64,000 nt of DNA from NCBI GenBank assembly GCA_951406725.2, contig OX597827.1, positions 65,224,001 to 65,288,000 on the forward strand, read 5' to 3'. The position numbers and the translations under genes are program-made. The notes beneath the pieces were generated by a model. That model saw only the letters and a program-made list of their open reading frames with translations, made no database searches and was not told where the DNA came from. How positions within the stretch are numbered: position 1 is the stretch's first letter; each line of letters begins with the position of its first letter. Below, in pieces: positions 29,060 to 41,906 of the stretch. Source of the DNA: Octopus vulgaris. Taxonomy: Eukaryota.

Positions 29060-29164
29060 TATATATTATTTACATTTGACGATATTTGCCTTCATCTTGT
29101 TTGTTGTTAACACAATATTTCGGCTGACATACGTATTTTTCGATGTTATTATTGAGGTCACTAC

Positions 29165-29525
29165 CTCAGTAATGGGATTAGCAGCCCGTTCACTTAACCA
29201 CTGCGCCATATGCCCGTGGGCAATTATGGAGTGAATTTTAGGGCTTATAAATCTAATATTCTCCTATCTTTCCGTAATATCGGTTCCCATATGCTGTTCA
29301 TATCTGCACTCGGTCTGCTTAGGAGGTTCTTGTGTCCTAGCATATGTGCTGCTTCTTTTAGTTTTCCTTTTTTCTAGCGGTGTTCTCTGCCTATTATTTT
29401 TTTAATTTCATCCCACAGGGGTAGGTGGTCTCCATTTTTTCCATACATGATCAACATGTAGTGGTTAAGAGCGTGGGCTACTAACCCCAAGATTCCGCGT
29501 TCGATTCCAGGCAGTGACCTGAATA
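29165..29525. mobile_element. Two oppositely oriented pseudo-tRNA heads of the 7497 family
   Basis: Minus head at about 29175-29220; plus head gtagtggttaagagcgtgggctactaaccccaagattccgcgttcgattcc at about 29457-29510. Confidence 0.55.
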
Positions 29526-29545
29526 TTAATATTAATAAACAGAAG

Positions 29546-29650
<105 letters not shown>

Positions 29651-29663
29651 TATACATATATTA

Positions 29664-29845
29664 AGGAGGCGAGCTGGCAGAAACTTTAGCACGTCGGGGG
29701 AAATGCTTAGCGGTATTTCGTCTGCCTTTAGGTCCTAAGTTCAAATTCCGCCGAGGATAACTTTGCCTCTCATTCTTTCGAGGTCGATAAATGAAGTATC
29801 AGTTGCGTCCTGGGGCGATCTAATAGACTGGCCCCCCCTCTCCAA
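29664..29845 (+). mobile_element. Meta-domain tRNA SINE (older copy, alternative tail)
   Basis: Homology to 16486. Confidence 0.8.
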
Positions 29846-30925
29846 CTTGTATATGTGAGTATATGTGTATGCATGCATGTGGGTAGTTATATGCATATGT
29901 GATTGTGTGTATGCATGCTTGTGTGTCTATATATCTTTATGTTTGTATCGTATCGATGTCAGTCTGCATTCGTTCGTGTGTCTTTGAAGTTCAAGCTTCT
30001 GAAATGCCACTGTATTGTATATCACTATAAGGGGCTATTTATTCTCTTTCTTTGACTTTCATTACATTTCGTTGTATTAGATTATAACGCGAAATATCAT
30101 GGATGTCAAATCTTATGCTACTGGATCTGACATATTGAAACATTCATTTGTCTTTAATGCATTTCCAAAGTGAATTAAATTCCTAAAGTGAAGCGATTCA
30201 ATTCAATAAAAAAATAAGGGAAAATTTTCGGTTTTATGCTATTTTGATTCTACAGTATGACTTACGGACTAGGAACTTGATATTCTTCCTTTCAATTCAA
30301 TGAAATTACGTAGCACTGTGAGCAACTCTACACGGTCGTCTTGAATGTTAAAACAGGTTGCCAAGTTTCTCTCAAATTTCATTTTGTCCTAATAAATAAA
30401 TTAGACAGTAGGATAAATATCAGAAAATATTCGATCTTCGATCAACATGATTAGAGTTGAATTGGTAGTAAATAATAGCATAAGATATGCCTAAGTATTA
30501 TAACTAAATGCATAGTGGCATATTAATCGGCGATCTATTGATCCATATACCTCATATTGATTTACTATTATAGCAAAGGCCAGTAATTTCAGAGAAGAGG
30601 AAATGTCGACTGCATCGACCCCAGTGTTCAACTGGTATTTATTTTATATAGCCCGAAAAAATGAAAAGCACTGTTGACCATGTCGGCATTTGAAATCAGA
30701 GTGTAAATTAAACAGTTCGGTAACTTTGCTGGATATAACATTGTCTATTGGATCGGCTCCGGTACTTGTGTGGGGTATTTATTTTTCAGCAGTAGAAAGG
30801 ATAGAAGACTGAAACGTCGAAATGTACGACACCGTTACTAGTCTAAGAATCGTCTGCAGCATGTTTACTGGGGTTTGTTTATTCAAAACTCGGAAGGCTG
30901 CAAAGCAAGTTAAGTGAGGTTCAGC

Positions 30926-31045
30926 GAATCTAGTCATATCACGTTGAATGCATAGATTCTCGTCCGATCTCCGAAGTTACGCAACGTCGAGCCTAGTGAC
31001 TACTTAGTTGGATGACCGCTTGGGAAACCTAGGTGCTGTAAGCAT
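30926..31045 (+). rRNA. 5S rRNA: 5S rRNA copy, probably a pseudogene
   Basis: catatcacgttgaatgca..ttctcgtccgatctccgaagttacgcaacgtcgagcctag...gaccgcttgggaaacctaggtgctgtaagc spans 120 nt. The 5' end and C-box are diverged and there is no oligo-T terminator. Confidence 0.85.
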
Positions 31046-31055
31046 CTCACACTTT

Positions 31056-31466
31056 AGGCGGCGAGCTGGCAGAATCGTTAGCACGCCGGGCGAAATGCTT
31101 AGCGGTATTTCGTCTGCCGCTACGTTCTGAGTTCAAATTCCCCCAAGGTCGACTTTGCCTTTCATTCTTTCGGGGTCGATTAAATAAGTACTAGTTACGC
31201 ACCGGGGTCGATATAATCGACTTAATCTGTTTGTCCTTACTTGTTTGTCCTCTTTGTGTTTAGCCCCTTGTGGGTAGTAAAGAAATAGGTATTTCGTCTG
31301 CCGTTACATTCTAAGTTCATATTATGAGGTCGACTTTGCCTTTCATCCTTTCGGGGTCGATAAATTAAGTACCAGTTGCGTACTGGGGAGGGAGACAGTC
31401 AATCTAATCGACTAGCTCCCTCCCCAGAAATTTCGGGTCTTGTGTCTAGAGCAGAGTAGAAAAGAA
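31056..31466 (+). mobile_element. Dimeric Meta-domain SINE
   Basis: A full monomer to about 31288, then a restart at ggtatttcgtctgccg with the alternative tail. Confidence 0.85.
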
Positions 31467-32285
31467 TATTTATTAAATCTGTCTATATAGTTTCCGGTGC
31501 TAAGCTGGAATAAATATTAATGAAAAAAAATTTTTTAAACATGTACTAATTTACACTCTCCGAGCTCTGTAATGAAACAGTATATATTTTATTTTGACAC
31601 AGATATGGTAGAAGACGTAGTCAGCATCGATCTGATATGAACGTAGATTTGAGAACTGCGCAACGAAAACACAAGATGTATATTATTTAAAATTCTATTT
31701 AATTAAACACCTGTCCCTCACCCTCAGTAGGTAATTATGAAGCAAAAAAATAACTTAAAGAAAAGAAAACTATAAAACTGCTTTTCGTGTGAACAATAGA
31801 AATTACCATATATGGAAGAAAACAGAAACTAATTCTGATTTTGGCAAGGGCGATGATTGTATTTTCAAATCAAAATTGTGTATCTGACTGTATGTATATT
31901 ATATGTATAGATATACGCATCATTGTGTATCTGCAGCTGTGTAGAGATTTGTTTATAGATCTGTTAATACGATTCTGCATTTTCTCTGTGCGTCATAGTT
32001 GGAAGTCCATTAATCACTTAAATGTTGAGCCGTTCTTAATCTCAAGCGGCCACAACGCACAGTTAAAGGAATTTGTTTTGGACAACAAAATATAATTACA
32101 TATAGACGTATTTGAAAGGTTTTCCTACAGGAGTCATTCTTAAAAAATGTCAATGATTCGTTAGCTATTTTCGTTCAATGAAATTTTATACCTTAGAGTT
32201 TTCTCCGCGCTACCATATATTTTCAGTTTTCCAATACACTCAAAATCATAAACCACGGAAAAATATAATTGGGTATATGATGCTT

Positions 32286-32341
<56 letters not shown>

Positions 32342-33016
32342 CACGCACACATATATATTATATATCTATTATATATATATCATATATGTATGTATATATA
32401 TATATATATATATGTATATCATATATGTATATATATATATATATGTATGTATATACATATATGTATATATTTTTGTATGTGCGGATACACATACAAATAG
32501 GAATAAATTCTATGGTTATATTTACACATGTATACATACACATTCATATATATATATATGCATACACACGCAGACACCAATATGTAAATATTCATATCCA
32601 TAGTTATAGATATACGGGTTCTCCATGCGTATACATATATATGTATTTATGTAGGTCTCCGAGAGTACATACACGCACATTCCCTCTCTTTCTCTCTCAC
32701 GCACATATATGCTTATAGCGAAGTGCCCAAACGGAAACTAAATACATGAACATGTGCAATTCTCACTCGGAATTTTACTTGATATTATGTTACGATGATA
32801 TTTGGGTTTTGAAAATGTATGATTGCCCCAAGAACAATAAGTCAACGTCTTTCTCTTTTACATTCTCGCTCTGTCTAACTCTCTATACAATGCATTTACA
32901 GAGTATGTGAGTGTTTGTGTGTTTGTGTTTTATAAGTACAAAATATATATATTTACATATGCTAATACGTGTGTCACAAGGCATATATATTTATCTCTCT
33001 ACATACCTATGCATGA

Positions 33017-33072
<56 letters not shown>

Positions 33073-33110
33073 ATATATATATATCCATCCATCCATCCAT
33101 CCATCCATCC

Positions 33111-33186
<76 letters not shown>

Positions 33187-33195
33187 GTCTGTCTC
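33017..33195. repeat. (CTAT)n/(CCAT)n tetranucleotide repeat
   Basis: Visible directly. Confidence 0.95.
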
Positions 33196-33214
33196 TCGAT
33201 CTGTTTGTCCATCT

Positions 33215-33619
33215 GGATCTTTACCTTTTGACCGGATGATTTAGAAAATAACTTTTTGTAGCTAAACACTTTGAAACTTGTGGTGCCATGAAGTAAACAT
33301 GCTTCAGATACACATGTTTATTCATACAAACGTAACTGAGAGGAAATATATAATAAATAACAGTAACAAACGAAATATACACCGTCGGTTGATAAACAAC
33401 AACAGTAATTTTATTCAGCTGAATACACCTCATTAATTGGCTGAAATTACCGAAATACGACAACTTGAACACGAAATAACTTCATAAACGTAAACTTTTC
33501 TCAAAAACGCTAAGAGTAAAATATCTTTTATATGACACATTCTACAAGTATACGAAGTTTGAAAGTGCTTAGTTACAAAAAATTATTTTTTAAATCTGTC
33601 GGTCAAAAGGTAAAGATCC
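33215..33619. mobile_element. MITE with ~65-bp TIRs (possibly Merlin-type)
   Basis: TIR ggatctttaccttttgaccg...aaaataa.tttttgta.ctaa.cacttt.aaactt at both ends; GG termini; imperfect 8-bp flanks gtccatct/gcccactt. Confidence 0.8.
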
Positions 33620-34415
33620 GCCCACTTTTATGCAAATTTGGTAAATATATCTGTTAAAATGAGACGCCAGTGTTATTTCTATTTTTGCGAACATTAGACA
33701 ACAGTTTATTCACCGTACCCTGTATATGCACACGCACAAACATATTCACGCACAGATATTTACCTACACGTAATTTTCTCCATACATCTGTGCTGATGCT
33801 GCACACTTATACTCACTTGAGTTGCTTTATGCGTGGGTATTTCTTTACACAACAAAGAAATTTACGTGTATATGATTTCACCCATTAATCCTGAGATTGA
33901 ATATCCTGTCAATGCAAAATCAAATTTTATTTGTGATATGTATTAAAATTTTAAAATCAGCAATAAAGCGAATATAGAATATATATAGGTGATATATAGA
34001 TATAATACAGACTGTATTCCTAGAAATATTTAGTACATTGAATTCAAAGCTTTCTATTGAATAATTTTTAAACGTTTAGTATTACCTTTCTCTTAAAACT
34101 TATAGAAATCCCTTCGAGTTTTTTGTTTCATAAATATTATCACCGCCTGTTCTGAATTTTATCTCTTTCCTTTGTCAACTATCTGTAGTTTTATCTTCAT
34201 CTCTTATATTAAGTGATATATAATTTCTTCGCTGTTCTATAGTTAAAATCTTCAAATATTCTGTAGCAAAACCAGATCAAAGACGTAGCTTTTTTATATC
34301 AGGACTTCCTAGGTGTCTTTTGGTGAGTGGGGTGGGGTAGTATCATAGAGCGTTCATTCTAGATTTTGGAGTGTTTGATCTGGATAATATACATACTACT
34401 TTTGGACAGTTTCAT

Positions 34416-34416
34416 A

Positions 34417-34465
<49 letters not shown>

Positions 34466-35035
34466 ATAATAATAATAATGATAATAATAATGATAATAGT
34501 AATAATAATAGTGTCTTCGCCACCATTACATACTACTACATTTTACCAGCATCGAAACCCCGCTTCCAACTACCACCAATGTTTTCTTCTTTAGGCACAA
34601 GGCCCGAAATTTTCAGGGAGTTGGGGGCAGACGATTAGATCTACCCCACTGCGCAACTGGTACTTAATTTATCGAACCCGAAAGTATGAAAGGTAAAGTC
34701 GACCTCGACGGAATTTGAACTCAGAACATAAAGTAAAGACAGACGAATTACTGCTCAGCATTACGCCCGGCGTGCTAACGATTCTGCCAGCTCACCATCT
34801 TCTAGCCACCACAATAACATTACAGAACCACCACCACCACTCCACCACCACCAAAAACAACAACTTCTACTACTACTACTACAACTACTACTTGTGTCTT
34901 CTCCACCATAACTACCCCCACCACCATCACATACTACTACTATTACTAGCATCGAAACCCCCTCCAATAGCACTACCCAACCACCACCACCAACAACAAC
35001 AACAACCACTACTACTACTGGCATTACTACTACTA

Positions 35036-35108
<73 letters not shown>

Positions 35109-35633
35109 AACTAGTATCTTCTCCACCACCGTTAGATACTACTACTATTACTAGCACCGAAGCCTCCCCCAATAACACGACACTACCACCACCGCTACCT
35201 ACAACTACTACCAGTAGTAGTATTAGTATTAGTATTAGTAGTAGACGTGGTGGTTGTACCGACATTATTATAATATTTGTATTTGTGGTTGTATTAGCAT
35301 TACTACTAGTAGTAGCAGTAATAGCACTAGTGGTTGTAATGGTACCTGTAGTATCTTTATCTCTAATAGTAGTATTATTAGCAGCAGTAGTAATAGTATT
35401 AGAAGAAGTAGTAGTAGTATTGTTAGCAGTTCTAGTAGTGACATGAATATTAAGTGGTAGTATTTGTGTTAGTCTTATAAGTAAATGCAATACTAACACT
35501 ACCAACATTAGTTTTGGCAGTATTAGTAGTAATAAATGTAGTAATTGATGTAGTATGATGTCTAGTATTAGTAGTAGTTGTAGTAGTAGTAGTGGTGGTG
35601 GTAGTTGTAGTGGTATTAGTAGTGGTAGTATTG

Positions 35634-35706
<73 letters not shown>
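34416..35706. repeat. (ACT)n then (AGT)n trinucleotide region with a nested SINE at 34582-34795 (minus)
   Basis: Visible directly; the strand of the motif switches at about 35212. Confidence 0.9.
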
Positions 35707-36289
35707 GGATTTGTACTGATAGACGTTGCACTTTTGAATGTATTAATGTTATTATTTACCAAAGGAATTTACGTCTCGGCTGTCCCATCCACTTTTTTTT
35801 ATTTTCCTAAATATTACTTTTCTACATCAAAAAGTTTGACAATATACTTACCGTGTCATATAAACTTCTGTACTGCCATTCTAGATGGAGAATGCGCAGA
35901 AAAAAAGATGGCTTCTACGCCATCACTAAAATAATAATCTGTATTGGAAGAGTTAATATATTTTTGATTGAACATCGATGCTAAACTTGATTGCCGTTCT
36001 CCGCTTGGTTTTCACATCTCTATTATCTCCCCTGTGTTGTTCTGTCACTCATTTCCTCGTTTCAGTAATTGAACTTTGCCTTTTGTCTTGTAATATATAT
36101 TTATGTAGAGCGGAAGCGTATAGGGATGTAACAAAGTTTAGTTCAAATAACACAAACTGCGTTTGTTCTTTGCCCGAAGTTTCCATAACTCCCTCATTGG
36201 TGTGTGTCGTCGTGTACGCGTGCGAGTAGGTGTCTGTGAGTGTGTGTGTGTGTATACATAAACACATATACAGGAAGGTGTGTGAGTGC

Positions 36290-36339
<50 letters not shown>

Positions 36340-36348
36340 GTGTGTATG

Positions 36349-36381
<33 letters not shown>

Positions 36382-36384
36382 ATG

Positions 36385-37055
36385 GGGAGAATTCACAAAG
36401 AAATAAAGGACGAACAAACAGATGTATTAGTATAACGCTCGGGAAGTGAAAATATCTTTAACGTTTCGAGCTTACGTTCTTCCACAGAAAGGAACACAGA
36501 AAGAAACAGGAAAATAAAGAATGTGTAGTGGCTAGCGATTTATCACACAGGAGAATTAGGTTGAAGGGGAGATAATAAACTAGTGGTGATCACAAAACAA
36601 AGGTGCGTGTGCGTATTTATAAGAGAGTTTGTATGTGTGTGTGAAAGAGGTCTAGTGATTTTGACGTGTGCATGGTAGTATGTTGTGACGTGATGTGCTG
36701 TGTGGTATGATGGTGTAAGGTGTAGTGGTGTGTGGTGTGGTGTGGTATGATGATGTTGGGAGGTGGGGGAGGCGAGAGTAGGGAAAGCAAGGATAGGGTG
36801 TGGGTTAGGCTAAGAGTGGGGGGTAGAGGTGGGATGTGTGTAGGCGGAGGGTGAGGATAGGGGTGGTGTATGTGGGAGTGGGTGTAAGGGATGGGGTTGT
36901 TTTGGATGGGGAAGGATAGGGAAGGTGGGGGTGGAATGTGTAGCGGCGGGATGGGCTTACGTGGGAGGGGTGATGATGAAGGGGAGAAGGTGGGTAGGAG
37001 TTAAGAGAAGAGAGAAGGAGAGAAGGAGAGTATTGGTGAAGAGGAGTAGGAGTCG
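36385..37055 (-). mobile_element. Penelope-related element with hammerhead variant and G-rich low-complexity body
   Basis: CTTT-CTGTGGA-AGAAC-GTAA-GCTC-GAAA-CGT-T-AAAG at 36456-36491; homologous to 7560-7745. Confidence 0.55.
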
Positions 37056-37707
37056 ATATAATATGTAAGTATACGTATGTATATATATATATGTGTGTGT
37101 GTGTGTATAGATATAATAAGTGTTATGTATATATATATGTATGTATATATGTATATACATACACACACATACACACATATGTATCCTTGTACATATGCAT
37201 GTTTATGTATATATAAATATACATATTTAGAAAACTATAAGTATAAAGATTATCATATTTGGGGACGGTCATTTATTTCTGCCAATTAAACATACACAGT
37301 ATATACTTTTTCTTCACTCGTTTATTGCTGTTCTTATTTTATTATTTTAACTTATGTCCATCGTCCGGAAATATATCGTCACACATCTGTGACCTCTTCA
37401 GCAACACTTTTCGTTTTCGTTTGTGTCACTGAGGAAACTGTAGCTCCAACAATTAGCAACATGTTTACGATAATAATTATGGCTGAATTTCTGTGCTTAT
37501 AAATATGTCCTGCATAGCTGTGTATATGTCTCAATGTGCTTCTATGTGTCTGTTCCAGTGTGTATGGATAATTGACAGTTGCGGTGTACATAACTTGGCT
37601 CTCTGATTAATATTTACTGCCTGACGTCCGTCCTTACATTCTGATTTCAAATTCCGGCCAGGCCGACTTTGCCTTTCATAGATATACTAGATATCATTAC
37701 CGATTTC

Positions 37708-38231
37708 TCATCTTCAATCTCATTGTTTCTATACATCTGACGTCTCGTATACGAAACGTAGCAACAATAGTCAGTACTGGCTATGAACTATCTGTAGAAA
37801 TAACCTTAACAAGGAATGTGAAAAGCGCACTGGTAACGCAGTAGAACTCGATATTGGCTTATAAAAACATTTAATACAATTTATAGTATATAATAGATGC
37901 ATACCGAAATAGCAGGTACCGGCAAATCATTAGTATTTACGTACCAACTTCCAGGAATGCATTTAATATGTAAATTGGTATATCCAATAACTTTACACCG
38001 CTGTGTGTGGTGGCTATTTAAGCAATGTGTTCGAGGCTGATTGATAAATAAGTCGGGTGCTGATGAAGGGGCGAACCCCCACTCTAGAAATATGGCATAT
38101 ACGTCCGTTATCCAGTTTTCATCTTCAATCTCATTGTTTGTTTACCTCTGATGCCTCGTATACGAAATGTAGCAACAAAAATGAGTGCTGGTTATAAATT
38201 CTTATTGAATATCTGTAGAAATAACCATAAA
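37708..38231 (+). mobile_element. Retrozyme/pLTR-like element: ~105-bp direct repeats (period ~411 bp) around a hammerhead
   Basis: tcatcttcaatctcattgttt...ctcgtatacgaaa.gtagcaacaa...tatctgtagaaataacc at both 37708 and 38119. Confidence 0.65.
38054..38107 (+). ncRNA. Type I hammerhead ribozyme motif
   Basis: CGGGTG-CTGATGA-AGGGG...CTCT-A-GAAA-TATG-G-CATA-TA-CGTCCG: 6-bp stem I with two G-U pairs, canonical core, near-palindromic stem III, AUA triplet. Confidence 0.7.
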
Positions 38232-38582
38232 TAAAATTATAGAAAACAGGTAGAAAGCAATTTGCGCATTCTTGGTTTGGCTGTAAATTCTAGCTGGTTG
38301 ATCCACCGCGTGGTTGTTTCTCTATTAGCTTAAAATACTAAATTTAGAACTTTTATTTTTCGATATGAATCATATTTTAGCAAATTAATTTCCGCATAAA
38401 GATTTTTTTTTCATTCTTAAATGTAGCGTTACTTTATAAACCAATGTAGTAATAGTTGAATCGTATCAACACTTAAAACACGTTATTTCATAAACAATTG
38501 CAGATTATATTTAGAATTGATGTTTCACACATTTAGCTTTGTATCTTTTAACAGAATTTATATTATCAATAATTTCACTCAC

Positions 38583-38600
38583 CTGATGCCATCAAATATT
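38583..38600 (-). other. Candidate 18-nt microexon
   Basis: catcttttatttag|AATATTTGATGGCATCAG|gtgagt has a consensus acceptor and donor; no transcript evidence. Confidence 0.4.
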
Positions 38601-39110
38601 CTAAATAAAAGATGGATTTAAATAAAGGTGGTAAAACATCATAGATAATCTGTAGTTCTTCAGAGTTAGAAATTCCCAGGAAACAGTTTGAATCAATTGG
38701 TTTAAATTAACAGTTTCATAACACTAGAAATATCTTATAATATAATGGATTTCGATGAAGCGATTGATATGAATTTTGTTGAGAAAATTTCTCAATATAT
38801 GACGTGTGTGTAAAGTGCTTGCAGCATGCTACGTTTAATTCAAAATTAAATATATACTCTCATATATTCTTGTTACGTAAGTATGCTGAGGTGCTGAAGT
38901 TATAGCGAAGCAATGACTAGCAATCAAGACGTGATCCCATTGCAGTGGCATGCAGAGAATTTGAATGCCAGTCCCCCATGTAGACCCTAGAAACTCCTGG
39001 ACATTACAGAGTCCAGCCAGCGGATCGTCTTCAACATTAGATATAGAGCCTCGCCCATTCTAGCTACGTAAATGTGTTGGTGGAGTTATGTCGAACCGAT
39101 ATATGGTAAG

Positions 39111-39327
39111 CGAAACGTTAGCACGCCGGGCGAAATGCTTAACAGTATTTCGTCTACCGTTACCTTCTAAGTTTGAATTCCGCCGAGGTCGACTTTCCCT
39201 TTCATCCTTTCGGGGTCGATAAATTAAGTAGCAGTTACGCACTGGGGTCGATATAATCGACTTAATCCGTTTGTCTGTCCTAGTTTGTCCTCTCTGTGTT
39301 TAGCCCCTTGTGGGTAGTAAAGAAATA
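39111..39327 (+). mobile_element. Meta-domain tRNA SINE, 5'-truncated
   Basis: TSD gatatatggtaag. Confidence 0.88.
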
Positions 39328-39474
39328 GATATATGGTAAGTGAGGAGCTATGCCACTCAGGTGTGATACAAAGGATGGCCAATGTCCAATAAACAAATAA
39401 ATAACATGATACATAAGATATATAGATATAGCAGAATATATAAATAATCGTTATTAAATACCTTTTTCTTATTG

Positions 39475-39949
39475 GTTCCCAGTAGTCATTATAGGATCGT
39501 TATTAGTCGGTTTACTCAACAGGCCTATTCATCGGTTAGGAAAATTTGAACAAACTAAAAATTTAATGCTACTCTCATCAAAGTCAGTTCTCTGTGTTTC
39601 TTTATTACCCACAAGGGGCTAAACATAGAGGGAGAAAACAAGGACAGTCAAACGGATTAAGTCGTTTATATCGACCCCGGTGCGTAACTGGTACTTAATT
39701 TATCGACCCCGAAATGATGAAAGGCAAAGTCGACCTCGGCGGAATTTGAACTCAGAACGTAACGGCAGACGAAATACGGCTACGCAATTTCGGCCCGGCG
39801 TGCTAACGTTTCTGCCAGTTCGCCGCCCTGATGACACTCACTCTGACGAAAATAGCCTTCGTTTTGTCGGTCTTTCAATTTTACTCAACCGATGAATTGT
39901 CCTATTGAGTAAACTTATCAATAATGCGTCTGTAATGACTACTGGTAAC
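39475..39949. mobile_element. MITE with ~75-bp diverged TIRs, interrupted by a SINE (39596-39827, minus)
   Basis: gtt.ccagtagtcatta.ag...gtttactcaa.agg...attcatcggtt at the left end and its reverse complement at the right end. Confidence 0.75.
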
Positions 39950-40727
39950 AACTGTGAGTCAAATTTACTACCATAAAGAAAGATATGTAAAAATATGTGT
40001 ACGTATGTTTTTGGCTCTACGTCGAAGTGCGTATTGTGTTATTGCGTCATTCAATCGAAATCTTTATATCACCTATTATTTTATAAGCGGAATTCTAGAA
40101 ATGTAACTTAACCCTATCAGGAAATGTATTGTAAAGTATTTATCTATTATTTCTTATATGACTACATTAATTCCCATTGTTGCAATCAACTCGTCACAAT
40201 TTACTAAGAAAATTGTTTTCTATTTATAATATGATAAAGAATATCAGCTAGATACTTTTATTTAATTACTGTTTTGTATTTCTTGTAGAAATGCACCGAA
40301 ATAAAATGATGTAGAATAAGGTTATTTTTGTGTGTATTTGAAATAAGTTACAAGTGCATTTATATAGCACTTATCAACATTTAATCATCTAGCTGGAGAA
40401 ATCAATATAGATAAATGATAGCAGAGCAGCATTGTTTAAAAAAAGATATAAAATTAATAGAAGAGATTGAAATAAAAAAAAATGTAATAAATAGAATTTA
40501 ATTTTAATCTTTATTGCATGATTTGGTAATTTAGGGTAATTTGATTTAAATATTTCAATTTCTAAATATTTATATCTCTATGTATGAAACAATGTATCTA
40601 GAAATGTCGAACAGAAATAATTTATGATATTCATAGATTGAATTATGTCCCTGATAAGAAAGAGTAGCTAGCTCAGTGAACAGAGAATGATAAAATCGAA
40701 CAGATTAAATTAGAAGAAGATTGATAT

Positions 40728-40927
40728 CAGGGGAGGGGGCATATACTCCAGGTGTGCTAGGTGTGCGCTGCACACACATAGAAAATGGAATATTCGTTAT
40801 AAATATTAACCATACTTATTAACTTAATTACAAATATTAATGGAAAATATTTGTTGTAGTCCTGCTTAAAATTTGGTGGCATTGGGTGCGCCTCGACCCC
40901 CAGTACAACAACCTCCATTCGCCACTG
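40728..40927. mobile_element. hAT-type MITE
   Basis: CAGGGG...CCACTG termini; 8-bp TSD attgatat/gttgatat. Confidence 0.7.
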
Positions 40928-41214
40928 GTTGATATAATAATCTAAAATTTCTTAAATGCAAAGTCTCCTCACAATAGCTGTTTGTTGTTTCAGTCAGTAA
41001 AATAAATACATCCCTTCTTCAGACTGTGCGACAATGAAAATCACAAATGTCTTTTCTGAATTCTCATGTGAGCTAACTGTTGCTGAAACCGAAGTTCTTC
41101 AAAAGTTATCCTTCGGGACGTATTTATAACATGCCCGAATTGTTATCGTTATGAGACGCTGAGACACACGGGCGTTCCAATATCGTTGTGTGTCATCATC
41201 CAAAGACATCCCAG

Positions 41215-41280
41215 ATTAATGAAGCACGCGAGAGTTCGTGGTCCTGTTTTATAACTTCGGCAAACAAATTATTGGCTCAT
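41215..41280 (-). promoter_or_regulatory. Candidate Pol II core promoter (CCAAT, TATAAAA, Inr-like TCATT)
   Basis: Minus strand agCCAATa...gtTATAAAAcagg...ctTCATT, with TATA 33 nt before the Inr A, inside a repeat-free island. Confidence 0.3.
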
Positions 41281-41906
41281 GGCTACTAATATTTGCCAAC
41301 ATATGATACATTTCCATGTGCACAATGAATAGCGAGAATCCAAACAATGACTTACATATTTATTCTTCATACGTTCCAGAAGATTCCAATGCGAATATGC
41401 TAATCTTTGTTGTGTTTTGTCATAGAACAATTCCTCCATTCAGACGAATGTGTGTTCATGGCACAGAGCTCACGTCCGCTGATAAATCGAGTGTATTATC
41501 AACAATCGTCTGAAAGAGGATTTTCTCCTACGACGAAACACGACAGAGATTTGCATATTCACTTTGGAAACTGCAGGAACGAATTAAGAGTTAATATGGA
41601 AGCTATCTTTTGGATTCTCGCTCTTCACAGTTCATATGATAATTAAATTCCGGTTGAAATATATCAAGTGTTATGTTTCTTATGTCTCATTTAATAACAT
41701 GTGTTGTTGAGTGACAACCTAATTATATTCAGAGGTTGTATATGCGATTGAAGGCTATGCTCATGTATTACACGCACTCAAATGTTTATTTACTAAATCT
41801 TCATCCTTTGAGAAGGTTGTGCGTAATCAAAATAAAGTAATGTATCTTTACACAATTGGGTGAAGCGTTTTTCATTCAACTTTGAATAAACCACCATTAA
41901 TATTAC

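Noticed and set aside
29457-29520. tRNA-Ser(ACT)-like sequence
   Set aside because: No complete cloverleaf or acceptor stem and no Ser variable arm; part of a repeat head.
34715-35810. Long Leu/Val/Thr/Ser-rich ORFs resembling membrane or mucin proteins
   Set aside because: Trinucleotide repeats open in several frames on both strands.
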